NCBI GenBank assembly: GCA_965262915.1 | Contig: OZ253564.1 | Coordinates: 2,944,001-3,008,000, forward strand | Direction: 5' to 3' | DNA from: Candidatus Spongiisociaceae bacterium | Lineage (GTDB): Bacteria > Actinomycetota > Acidimicrobiia > Spongiisociales > Spongiisociaceae | Length of the DNA stretch: 64,000 nucleotides | Shown: positions 44,273-53,347 of the stretch, one piece after another | Layout: every line of letters starts with the position of its first letter | Position numbering within the stretch: position 1 is the stretch's first letter | Translations under genes and position numbers: made by a program | The notes under the pieces: model-generated | Databases searched by the model: none | The model's input: only the letters and a program-made list of their open reading frames with translations | Told to the model about the DNA's origin: nothing

Positions 44273-45688
44273 AGCACCCCCCTCAGGATCAGGGCCTCGG
44301 ACGCGTGGGGCTCCTCCACACGGTCCGATCCGGCCAGATCAGCAATGGTCCTGGCCAACCGCCGTACCCTGTCGAACCCTCTTCCGGTCAGTGAGCCATG
44401 CCTGAGGGCCCCTTCGATCAGCTTCTGGGCGGAGACGGCCATGTCCACGGCATCGAGGTCGCTCCGACCGAGATCCCGGTTGCGGCGTCCCCGCCTCCGC
44501 TGGGCTTCCCGGGCGATCGACACCCGCCCGGCCACGTCGTGGCTGGGCTCCTCGGGCGGACCGATCATTGCATCCGGGTCTACCCCCTGGACCCGGACCC
44601 GTATGTCGAACCGGTCCATCAGGGGACCCGACAGGCGCCGCCGGTAACGCTGGATCATCCTGTCGGTGCAGGTGCATCCTTGGCGGTAGTCGTTGTTGTA
44701 GCCGCACGGGCACGGGTTGGTGGCGGCTACCAGCTGCACCTTGGCCGGGAACGTCATCGAGACGCCCTTCCTGGCGATGGTCACCTGCCCTTCTTCGAGC
44801 GGCTGCCGCAGGGCGTCCAGCAACTTGGGCGGGAACTCTCCGAGTTCATCCAGGAAGAGGACTCCCTGGTGGGCCATGCTTATCTCGCCCGGTACAGGGA
44901 CGCCCGATCCGCCTCCGATGACCGCCGCGGTGGTGGCTGTGTGATGAGGCGAACGGATCGGTGGCCGGAACAGGGAGGTCCTGGGCCGTCCCGCCGATGA
45001 CCACACCTGGGCGACCTCCAAGGCGGTTTCCTCGTCGAGGCCGGGCAATACACCCGGCAGGCACCGGGCCACCATCGTCTTCCCTGCGCCGGGGGGACCG
45101 GTGAGCAGCATGTGGTGACCACCCGCGGCCGCGACCTCGAGAGCCCGCTTGGCGAGGGGCTGGCCCCGGACCTCGGCGAGATCGGGGAGATCCGGTTCGG
45201 GCTGCCGGGGACGGGGCGGGGCTGGGAAGTCTCCCTCCCCCAACGCAGCCGAGACGGCCATGGCCAGTGATCTCACGGCTTGAACGTCCGCAGAGGACAC
45301 GAGGCTCGCTTCGGCGGCTGCATCGGGGGGTAGCAGGCACGTCATCCCGAGCTTCGAGGCGACGATGGCTGCTCCCAGGCCCCCTCGGGCGGGCCGCAGC
45401 CTACCGTCCAGCGCCAGTTCTCCCAGAGCCACGACGTTGCACGCCGCATCGGGGATCTCCCCCGCGGCAGCCAGAAGAGCCAGGGCTATGGGTAGGTCGT
45501 ACGCGCTGCCCGACTTGGGTAGGTCGGCGGGCGCAAGATTGACGGTCACCGAGCGCGGCGGGAAGCGGTATCCCGACACCGCCATGGCCGCCAACACCCG
45601 GTCCTTGGCTTCCCGGACTGCGGTGTCGGGCAGCCCCACCACGTTCAATCGGCCTTTCTCTCCTCCACCTACATGGGCTTCCACGCTG
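44269..45688 (-). pseudogene. comM: ComM/YifB Mg-chelatase-like AAA+ ATPase, 3' part (interrupted, frame otherwise intact)
   Basis: VVGLPDTAVREA, VNLAPADLPKSGSAYDL, GPPGAGKT, RSPHHT, LFLDE, ATNPCPCG; first ~20 codons are at 56202-56265. Confidence 0.93.
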
Positions 45689-45856
45689 GAAGCCAAAGTT
45701 ACTAGTTCAGGACGTAGCAGAAGCCATCATGAAACCCCTGTTCACCTGGGATTATAAGGTTATTCTGTAAGGGGCTGAGGTTCAGCGTATCACTTGATAA
45801 CGCTAAGAATCACCCGTTAAAGTGGTAACCAAACCGGTCACCACTTGGAAACGGAT

Positions 45857-47023
45857 ATGGCGAAACGATCAGGCGCAGCGATGACGGCAGCATTCTGCCG
45901 GACAGTGACACGGCCCGGACGGTACGGCGACGGTCGAGGCGGCCACGGTCTCTCATTACTCGTGAAACCGATGACCAGCACCGGGCGGATATCCCGCAGC
46001 TGGTCCCAACGGCTCCGCATCGACGGCCGGGTACGTTCTGTCGGCCTCGGGGCTTATCCCGCGGTCACTCTGGCCGAAGCCCGGCGGCGTGCCCTGCGCA
46101 ACGCACGGGAAGTCGCCGAAGGGCGCGACCCGTTAAAGCCGAAAACACCAACCTTCGAGCAAGCCGTTGAACGAGTCATCGGGATTCACGCGCGAAGCTG
46201 GAAGCAAGGGACGAAAACGGAAAAGGACTGGCGGCGCACACTCGCCACCTACGCGTTCCCAGTGATCGGACCGAAACGGGTAGACAAGATCGTCACCGCC
46301 GACGTGCTGCGCGTGATCCAACCGATCTGGAACGAGAAACCGGCCACAGCGCAACGGCTACGCCGCCGCATATCGGCGATCATGTCTTGGACGATAGCCG
46401 AGGGTCACCGAGCGGACGACCCGGCCGGTGCAGCTGTCCTAGCTGCGTTACCCAAGACCAACGGACCCCGAAACCATCACCGGGCGCTACCACACGCCGA
46501 AGTAGCCGACGCCGTGGCGCGGATACGACGGGTCCGAGCGCGGCCCATAACCCGACTGGTGGCCGAATTTGTCGTGCTCACGGCTTGCCGGTCCGGTGAA
46601 GCACGGGCTGCCCGCTGGAGCGAAGTAGACATGGACTCCCGGATGTGGACCGTTCCGGCCTCAAGGATGAAGAACGGCCGGGAGCATCGAGTACCGCTCA
46701 GCCGAGCCTCGTTGGCCGTCCTGGGCGAGGCGGGCGAACTCTCCGCCTGGTCTGGGTACGTGTTCCCCAACCGCTCCGGGCGTCCGCTAACCACCGAAGC
46801 CCTTCGCATGGTCTTCAGACACGCCAACCTTCAGACAACGGTTCACGGCTTCAGAACCAGCTTCAGAACATGGGCCGCCGAAGCCGGAGCGGACCGTACC
46901 GTTTCCGAGTTGTGCCTAGCCCATCGGGTCGGGTCAGCTACCGAACTCGCCTATCAACGGTCCGACCTGTTCCAGATACGGGCCGACCTGATGGAGGCCT
47001 GGGGTCAATACGTTGCCATATAG
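45857..47023 (+). CDS. P4-type tyrosine integrase, apparently intact
   Basis: PGRYGDG...GLGAYPAVTLAEAR arm domain; catalytic R (ACRSGE), HGFR, LAH, Y (AYQRSDL). Confidence 0.95.
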   Translation: MAKRSGAAMTAAFCRTVTRPGRYGDGRGGHGLSLLVKPMTSTGRISRSWSQRLRIDGRVRSVGLGAYPAVTLAEARRRALRNAREVAEGRDPLKPKTPTFEQAVERVIGIHARSWKQGTKTEKDWRRTLATYAFPVIGPKRVDKIVTADVLRVIQPIWNEKPATAQRLRRRISAIMSWTIAEGHRADDPAGAAVLAALPKTNGPRNHHRALPHAEVADAVARIRRVRARPITRLVAEFVVLTACRSGEARAARWSEVDMDSRMWTVPASRMKNGREHRVPLSRASLAVLGEAGELSAWSGYVFPNRSGRPLTTEALRMVFRHANLQTTVHGFRTSFRTWAAEAGADRTVSELCLAHRVGSATELAYQRSDLFQIRADLMEAWGQYVAI

Positions 47024-47121
47024 ACCTATATTAAAGGCCTTACCTAAATAGCTGTTCACTTTGATATAAGGTTATTCTTTAGTGGTTGCGGATAGAGAAA
47101 AGGGACACTACAGTAGCGTCC

Positions 47122-47322
47122 ATGACCGAACCTGATAGAAAACTCGACCGTATCATCCGACCCCGTGAACTAGGCGAGACCATCGGCATATCTCAGGCCA
47201 CGCTCCGGAGATGGTCGTCATCTGGCCGACTGCCCAAGCCGCTCAAATTTTCCGAGCGTTTTGTCGGTTGGCGAGCCAGCGTCATCCAGGAGTGGCTGGA
47301 CTCGCGGCCTCCAACCGCCTGA
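47122..47322 (+). CDS. AlpA-family regulator / excisionase
   Basis: RIIRPRELGETIGISQATLRRW...PKPLKFSERFVGW...IQEWL. Confidence 0.9.
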   Translation: MTEPDRKLDRIIRPRELGETIGISQATLRRWSSSGRLPKPLKFSERFVGWRASVIQEWLDSRPPTA

Positions 47323-47386
47323 TACTTCGGCAACCTTTCACGCACCAACCAGGGAGAAGAACGTGATGAGCAGGACCAGATAAAGC

Positions 47387-47417
47387 GAGCCCGCCGGGAC
47401 GAGATTCCGGCGGGCTC
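47387..47417. terminator. GC-rich hairpin between alpA and the helicase gene
   Basis: gagcccgccgg-N9-ccggcgggctc, 11-bp stem; weak U-tract. Confidence 0.5.
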
Positions 47418-47432
47418 TTGGAGGGGACAAGC

Positions 47433-48842
47433 ATGACCATGTCCAGACCGAATGCTAGCACACGGAAACCGGTCACGGCCGACCCCACTTCTTGGGCGCT
47501 CACCCAGCACAACCTGGCCGAAGTCTTCGCAGAACTCAACTCGATGAATCACACCCTTACCCACCGGTACACTCCGCGGGTCGGCTGGTACCAGTACCGC
47601 GCCGAGTATGGCTGGTCCCGCGACGAACTCAACCACACCCTTTCCGAGATACGCGGCCTTATGGCCCGCGCCGCCCAGTACTCGACGAAAAGCGCCGGGG
47701 CGAAGGCCCATACAATTGGGTTCGTGCGAGGCGTCGAACAGTTGGCCCGCCTCGACCCGGTTCACATAACCGCCGCCGACTGGTGGAACAGCGACCCCGA
47801 TTGGGCTGGGACACCCTACGGCAACGTCGAGTTGACCAGCGGCGAACTGTTCGCCCCCAGCCCGGCGAGGCTCATATCGCTGAGACTCGGCGCGGTTCCC
47901 GACGATGGGAAACGGCCGCACGCCTGGCTGCGGTTCCTGAACCAGGCGACCGGCTTCGATGTGGAACTGATCGACTTCCTGCAGAAGTGGATCGGCTACT
48001 GCCTGACCGGCCACACGTCCGAACACGTCCTCGCGTTCATCTACGGGCCAGGCGGAACAGGCAAATCGACGTTCGCAAATGTGGTGCGTGAACTGCTCGG
48101 ACAGTACGCCCGCCACTCGCCTATGGACACGTTCCTCGTAGCCCGCGGTGAACGGCATCCTACCGACCTGGCCGGCTTCGCCGGAGCCCGCCTCGTAACA
48201 GCCGTAGAAACCGACGAAGGCCGCCCCTGGGACGAAGCCAAACTCAAAGCCCTCACCGGAGACGACCCCATAACCGCCCGATACATGCGTAGGGATTTTT
48301 TCACCTACCGGCCCCGCTTCAAGCTACTCGTAGCAGGCAACGAGCTGCCGACCCTCAAGAGTCCCGACGAAGCGATGCGCCGACGGTTCCGCGTGGTCCC
48401 CTTCATCAACCGACCACCGAAACCCGACCGGAACCTCGCCGCCAAGCTCCGCTACGAACTCCCCGACATCCTCACCTGGGCTCTCGAAGGTACTCGCCTC
48501 TGGTACGACAACGGACTCGGCGGCGCCGCCATCGTCGAACAGGCAACCGCCGCATACTTCACCGACTCCGACCTCATAGGCCAGTGGCTCGGCGAAACCT
48601 GCACCTACACCCCCGGCGCCCAGCACCCACGCGAATCAGCCGCGACCCTCTGGCAAACGTGGACAGCATGGTCCAAGACCAACGGTATCGACCCCGGAAC
48701 ACGCCACCGATTCGGGCGGCAACTCGGCAGCCACGGCATCCACCCCGCAAAGATCGGTGGCAAAATCTACCGGCTCGGCATCCAACTACGCAGCCGCACC
48801 ACCCATCCCCCAACAGCCGACCAGGACCAGGCCCACCGATGA
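47433..48842 (+). CDS. P4/D5-family replication protein (SF3 helicase)
   Basis: FLQKWIGYCLTG, GPGGTGKST, LKALTGDDPITARYM, AGNELP, RRFRVVPF. Confidence 0.9.
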   Translation: MTMSRPNASTRKPVTADPTSWALTQHNLAEVFAELNSMNHTLTHRYTPRVGWYQYRAEYGWSRDELNHTLSEIRGLMARAAQYSTKSAGAKAHTIGFVRGVEQLARLDPVHITAADWWNSDPDWAGTPYGNVELTSGELFAPSPARLISLRLGAVPDDGKRPHAWLRFLNQATGFDVELIDFLQKWIGYCLTGHTSEHVLAFIYGPGGTGKSTFANVVRELLGQYARHSPMDTFLVARGERHPTDLAGFAGARLVTAVETDEGRPWDEAKLKALTGDDPITARYMRRDFFTYRPRFKLLVAGNELPTLKSPDEAMRRRFRVVPFINRPPKPDRNLAAKLRYELPDILTWALEGTRLWYDNGLGGAAIVEQATAAYFTDSDLIGQWLGETCTYTPGAQHPRESAATLWQTWTAWSKTNGIDPGTRHRFGRQLGSHGIHPAKIGGKIYRLGIQLRSRTTHPPTADQDQAHR

Positions 48843-48850
48843 CCACGCAA

Positions 48851-48982
48851 AGGACCTTCAGGACGATTAGGACCTTTCTCCCGTTTGGTCCCGCCCGCGC
48901 GTATGCGCGCGCGTCATGCGTATGCGCGCGTGCACACGTGAAGGCGATACCATGAAAAGGTCCTAATCGTCCTGATGGTCCT
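48851..48982. promoter_or_regulatory. putative replication origin with inverted iteron arrays
   Basis: 27-bp IR (1 mismatch) at 48851-77 and 48956-82, each with three AGGAC at 9-bp spacing, just downstream of the helicase gene. Confidence 0.7.
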
Positions 48983-49141
48983 GATTCCGAGAACGATTCC
49001 CAAACACCTACCCTCCGCCCGTCACAACAGAAAGGACCAACCAGTGTCAGTACAAGACAGCTACTCAATCAACCCACCACCAAGCCCCACCCCGACGACC
49101 CACCTCCAAGGCAGACTCACCGAGTACGACCGCCAACAGCA

Positions 49142-49435
49142 TTGACGACTACGACGACCTCGGCGCCTCCCGAGGAAGTGTGCGGGGGCGAGCTGTGTGT
49201 GGAGGACAACTACTACTTCGAGCGTTTCGGCAACGACTATTGGGCGTTCCGATTCCGGGTGGATAAGTCGTGCAGCGGGTTCTACGTCGAGGTTCATCTG
49301 CTCGATGACAACGGTCGTCGCACAGGCGACTGGGGAAACGACTTCGTGGGTTCGGTGACTGAGGGTGGCCAAGTGACTGTCGAGGTGCGGTACACCAAGG
49401 ACTGGTCCCAGTACGAGTTCGAGTGGTCCTGTTAG
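49142..49435 (+). CDS. hypothetical protein or fragment: Thr tract plus Cys/aromatic-rich domain
   Basis: Protein-like composition, weak TTG start; ends 16 bp before terL. Confidence 0.45.
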   Translation: MTTTTTSAPPEEVCGGELCVEDNYYFERFGNDYWAFRFRVDKSCSGFYVEVHLLDDNGRRTGDWGNDFVGSVTEGGQVTVEVRYTKDWSQYEFEWSC

Positions 49436-49451
49436 TAGCCGCATTGAGAGC

Positions 49452-50978
49452 ATGCTTTCCCGGTCGATAGTTGACTATCTCGAAGGGCTGACTGTTTCTC
49501 AGGGACGGCTGGCCGGTGAGCCGTTTCGGGTGTTGCCGTGGGAGGGTCGTTTCATTCGGGGGGCGTTCCGGACGGACGTGACGACGGCGGCGCTATCGGT
49601 CGCTAGGGCGAACGGTAAGACCTCGTTGACGGCTGGGATCTCCGCGGCGACGTTGGACGGTCCGCTGGTGGTGCCGCGGGGTGAGACGGTGATCGTGGCG
49701 TCGAGTTTCGAGCAGGCTCGGATAGCGTTTGAGCATGTTCGGGCGTTCATGGAACCGACCTTGGCCGAGGATCGGAAGCGGCGTTTTTCGGATCGCCGGT
49801 GGCGGGTTTGGGACACGGCGCAGCAGGCGCGGATTGAGGACCGGCAGACGGGTGCTCGGGTGCGTTGTGTTGGTTCTGATCCGCGTCGGGCGCATGGTTT
49901 GGCGCCGGTACTTGTTCTTGCTGACGAACCGGCTCAGTGGCCGCCTACTACCGGGGAGCGGATGGTGGCGGCGTTGAGGACGGCGGCGGGTAAGCAGCCT
50001 CACTCCCGGTTTGTGGCTTTGGGTACTCGTCCGGATGATCCGGAGCATTGGTTCGCGAAGATGCTGTCGGGTGGTGCGGACTATTCGCAGTGTCACGCGG
50101 CCCGGCCTGGCGATCCACCGTTTCAGAAGCGGACTTGGACGCGGGCAAATCCGTCGATGCGGTTCATGCCTGATCTTGAGGCGGCGATCCGGGCTGAGGC
50201 GCAGCAGTCGAAACGTGACCCGTCGTTGCTGGCATCGTTCGAGGCGTTGCGGCTGAATCTTGGGACTCCGGACACTGAGACTGCGGTGCTGTTAGACGCC
50301 GGGTTGTGGGCGTCGATTGAGGGCGAAGCGCCGATGGTCGGCCCGGCCGTCTGGGGTGTTGATTTGGGTACGTCGGCGGCTCAGTCGGCGGTTGCGTGTT
50401 TCTGGCCGGAGTCGGGTGCGTTGGCGGTGTTGGCAGCCTTCCCGGAGATTCCGTCGCTTGAGGAACGCGGCCGCCGTGACGGTGTGGCCGGCCTTTATCG
50501 GGAATGCCACCGTCGGGGCGAACTGTTGACCCTGGAACGGCGGGCTGTGGACGTGGAGCAGCTGCTGCAGATGGCGTTGGACCGTTTCGGCCGCCCCAGC
50601 GTGGTTGTTGCGGACCGTTGGCGGGAAGCCGAACTCCGTGACGGTCTGGACCGGGCGAGGGTTCCGGCGGCGGCGTTCGAGACTAGGGGTATGGGTTTCA
50701 AGGACGGTGGGGAGGATGTTCGCCAGTTTCGTCGGGCTTGCGCTGACGGCATCGTTACACCGGTCCGGAGTCTGCTGTTGCGGTCTGCGATGGCTGAGGC
50801 TCGTACCGTGAGCGATCCGGCTGGTAACTCGAAGTTGGGGAAGGGTTCGCAGGGCGGCCGTCGGTTGCGGGCTCGGGATGACGCGGCCGCAGCGGCGATC
50901 CTGGCGGTGGCTGCAGGGATGCGACGGCGGTCACGCGGCCCGGCCCGTCGGAGGCTGCGGACAGCTCTGGTCGGCTGA
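49452..50978 (+). CDS. terminase large subunit
   Basis: PFRVLPWE, ARANGKT (Walker A), VLADE (Walker B), GVDLG and RDDAAAA nuclease motifs. Confidence 0.9.
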   Translation: MLSRSIVDYLEGLTVSQGRLAGEPFRVLPWEGRFIRGAFRTDVTTAALSVARANGKTSLTAGISAATLDGPLVVPRGETVIVASSFEQARIAFEHVRAFMEPTLAEDRKRRFSDRRWRVWDTAQQARIEDRQTGARVRCVGSDPRRAHGLAPVLVLADEPAQWPPTTGERMVAALRTAAGKQPHSRFVALGTRPDDPEHWFAKMLSGGADYSQCHAARPGDPPFQKRTWTRANPSMRFMPDLEAAIRAEAQQSKRDPSLLASFEALRLNLGTPDTETAVLLDAGLWASIEGEAPMVGPAVWGVDLGTSAAQSAVACFWPESGALAVLAAFPEIPSLEERGRRDGVAGLYRECHRRGELLTLERRAVDVEQLLQMALDRFGRPSVVVADRWREAELRDGLDRARVPAAAFETRGMGFKDGGEDVRQFRRACADGIVTPVRSLLLRSAMAEARTVSDPAGNSKLGKGSQGGRRLRARDDAAAAAILAVAAGMRRRSRGPARRRLRTALVG

Positions 50979-51005
50979 TCGCCCTCCAGATCAGCACGCC
51001 ACTGG

Positions 51006-51158
51006 CTACCGCAACTTTAACGCAGCTAGCAAAGCAATCACCCCAAGGCCCACGCCCAACGCCTGTCGCCACGGGGGGTCGAAGAACCAACTGAGGTTTG
51101 TCCCAACCACAAGGACAACGACGACGATCACGACGATTGCTATAGCCTTCTCCATCAT
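51006..51158 (-). CDS. small protein with two predicted TM helices
   Basis: MMEKAIAIVVIVVVVLVVG...ALGVGLGVIALLAALKLR; fills an intergenic gap. Confidence 0.55.
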   Translation of the reverse strand: MMEKAIAIVVIVVVVLVVGTNLSWFFDPPWRQALGVGLGVIALLAALKLR

Positions 51159-51195
51159 GCTCGGAGCGTAACCGCCGCAACGGTAGGTTTGGGGA

Positions 51196-51480
51196 ATGTC
51201 CCGCCACCACCTGACCCTCAACCGCCGTAGGTGGGCGATTGTCCGTCGTGCCGCCCTGCATCGTGACGCCTGGCGGTGTCAGCAGTGTGGGCGGGCGGGC
51301 CGGCTGGAGGTCGATCACGTCCGGGCGCTTGAGGATGGCGGCGATCCGTGGGCGCCCGATAACCTGCAGGCCCTTTGCCGGCGGTGTCACATTCGCAAGA
51401 CAACGGTGGAGAATCGGGCTCGTCGCCCGGTGTTGCCGGAGGTTGAAGCGTGGATTCAGTTGGTGGACGAGTTGCTCTGA
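51196..51480 (+). CDS. HNH endonuclease (packaging-associated type)
   Basis: RDAWRCQQCG...EVDHV...GG...NLQALCRRCHIRKT. Confidence 0.92.
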   Translation: MSRHHLTLNRRRWAIVRRAALHRDAWRCQQCGRAGRLEVDHVRALEDGGDPWAPDNLQALCRRCHIRKTTVENRARRPVLPEVEAWIQLVDELL

Positions 51481-51528
51481 CCCGTCTCTCAAGTTAACCC
51501 CCGGGAAGCTTCCTGCCAGTCGTCACGC

Positions 51529-51894
51529 CTACCGCTCCGAATCGAGCCTCGGGACCCAGCCGTCCCAATCCCTTTCCGGATAGTGCTTTTTCACCACCCT
51601 GTATGTGGGTGATAGATCAAGAGCTTGGTTCCCCACTTGGGGATGGTCCAAGGTGACCATCTTCCCTTTGAGTTCCACGACCACGCCGGCGTAAAGCTTC
51701 GCGGACGCTAGACCCGGCACTGTCTGAATCTGAACCCAGCGTTTGGGATTCTGGGCTTTCTGGTTTTCCTTGAGCCTTGGGTAGTAAGGGAGAACGACCG
51801 ACGGTCTGCTTTTCCACCAGGTTAAGACCGCGATCGGTGCGCCTGCGATGACTACGACGCTCGCAACCAAGTTCACTACTTCAAGAACCGTCAT
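51529..51894 (-). CDS. membrane-anchored hypothetical protein (accessory)
   Basis: N-terminal TM helix; visibly more AT-rich than neighbours; antisense to the structural genes. Confidence 0.65.
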   Translation of the reverse strand: MTVLEVVNLVASVVVIAGAPIAVLTWWKSRPSVVLPYYPRLKENQKAQNPKRWVQIQTVPGLASAKLYAGVVVELKGKMVTLDHPQVGNQALDLSPTYRVVKKHYPERDWDGWVPRLDSER

Positions 51895-52047
51895 GTGCGA
51901 TCCTCACTAAATGACCCATAGACCGCAGGGTACATCTTGCCGCTGAGGATCTATGGGAAATGGCGGAGACCGGTTGTTGCACCAGGTCTCAGTTCGTATC
52001 AGATAGTATCATCTACTGATAACCATGGATAATGGTAAAATTATCTC

Positions 52048-53346
52048 ATGACTCCGAAGCAACGCCTCCAATTGGAACAGTCCGAGAAACGCCAGCGTCT
52101 CAATGACCTGCTCGCCGAAGACCAGCTATCAGACGAGCAGCGGTCCGAGATGGACGACTTCACCAAGCGAATGCAGCAGATCGAAGTCGAGATGCGGGCA
52201 GCGATCATCGCGGAACCCGATCCGGTCACGTCACCGGCAGCGGACAACACGGACCGGGACCGGCTCGAACTCCGGTCGAAGGCGTCTGTGGGCCGCTACC
52301 TGCTCGCTGCTATGCGGGGCCGTTCTGTTCAGGGTGCGGAGCGGGAACTGTTGGACGAGGCCGGACTCGATGATGGGACGATCCCCCTGGAGTTGTGGGA
52401 CACGAACCGGCCGGTGGAGCAGCGGGCCGATTCGGTGTCGGGTTCGCCCTCTACGGTTGGCGTGAACCTGGACCGGCTACGGCCTGCCGTGTTCGCACCG
52501 TCGATCCTGCCCCGGCTGGGTGTGGAAATGCCAAGGGTCGCCTCGGGTACTTACGCGTCCGGGACAATCACGACCTCGTTGACCGCCGCGGCTCAGGCGA
52601 AGGGTGACGCGGCTTCGGCGTCGGCGGCTGCGTTCACCGTCACGTCCGTCACCCCGAAGCGGATCTCCGCACGGCTTGCCATAGCAATTGAGGATGTGGC
52701 CGCGGTCGGTCAGGCCAACTTCGAGAGCATCCTACGAGAGAACCTCAGCCTGGCGCTGTCGAATGAGTTGGACAAGCAGGGTCTCAACGGAGCGGGCGGC
52801 AACTCGGGCAAAGACCTGGTGGGTGTTTTCCACCGGCTTGACAACCCGACCGCACCAACCGCCGCGGCCACCTTCGACGCGTTCGTAGCCGCGTTCGCCG
52901 GTGGGATAGACGGGCTGTGGGCGCGCACCGTGTCCGAGGTAGCGGTCGTGGCCGGTGTTACCACCTACGGGCTGTCCGCGAAGACGTTCCGGGACCGGGT
53001 GATCGACACCGGACAGCGGGGCGGGGTGTCGCTCGGTGACACATCGTTCGCTGACTATGCGATGGCGAACTATGGCGGATGGTGGACGAACAAGCGGATG
53101 CCCGCCGCTGACGCCACGTCGAAGGTTCAACAGGCCATCCTCTACCGGAAGGGCCGGTCGATGATGGGCGGCTCCGGTGGGATGCGCACCGCGGTGTGTC
53201 CCCATTGGAACATGATCAGCATTGACGACATCTACTCCGGCTCGGCGCAGGGTGAGCGGTACTTCACCATGCACGTCCTGTTGGGCGATGTGATCCTGGT
53301 CCAGCCCGACGCTTACGCGCAGGTCGCGTTCAAGACGGCGGCGTGA
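52048..53346 (+). CDS. major capsid protein (HK97-like, with N-terminal coiled-coil scaffold)
   Basis: Helical N-terminal ~100 aa, VTPKRISARL, NLSLALSNELDKQGLNG, QPDAYA at the C-terminus; next to the protease. Confidence 0.8.
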   Translation: MTPKQRLQLEQSEKRQRLNDLLAEDQLSDEQRSEMDDFTKRMQQIEVEMRAAIIAEPDPVTSPAADNTDRDRLELRSKASVGRYLLAAMRGRSVQGAERELLDEAGLDDGTIPLELWDTNRPVEQRADSVSGSPSTVGVNLDRLRPAVFAPSILPRLGVEMPRVASGTYASGTITTSLTAAAQAKGDAASASAAAFTVTSVTPKRISARLAIAIEDVAAVGQANFESILRENLSLALSNELDKQGLNGAGGNSGKDLVGVFHRLDNPTAPTAAATFDAFVAAFAGGIDGLWARTVSEVAVVAGVTTYGLSAKTFRDRVIDTGQRGGVSLGDTSFADYAMANYGGWWTNKRMPAADATSKVQQAILYRKGRSMMGGSGGMRTAVCPHWNMISIDDIYSGSAQGERYFTMHVLLGDVILVQPDAYAQVAFKTAA

Positions 53347-53347
53347 T

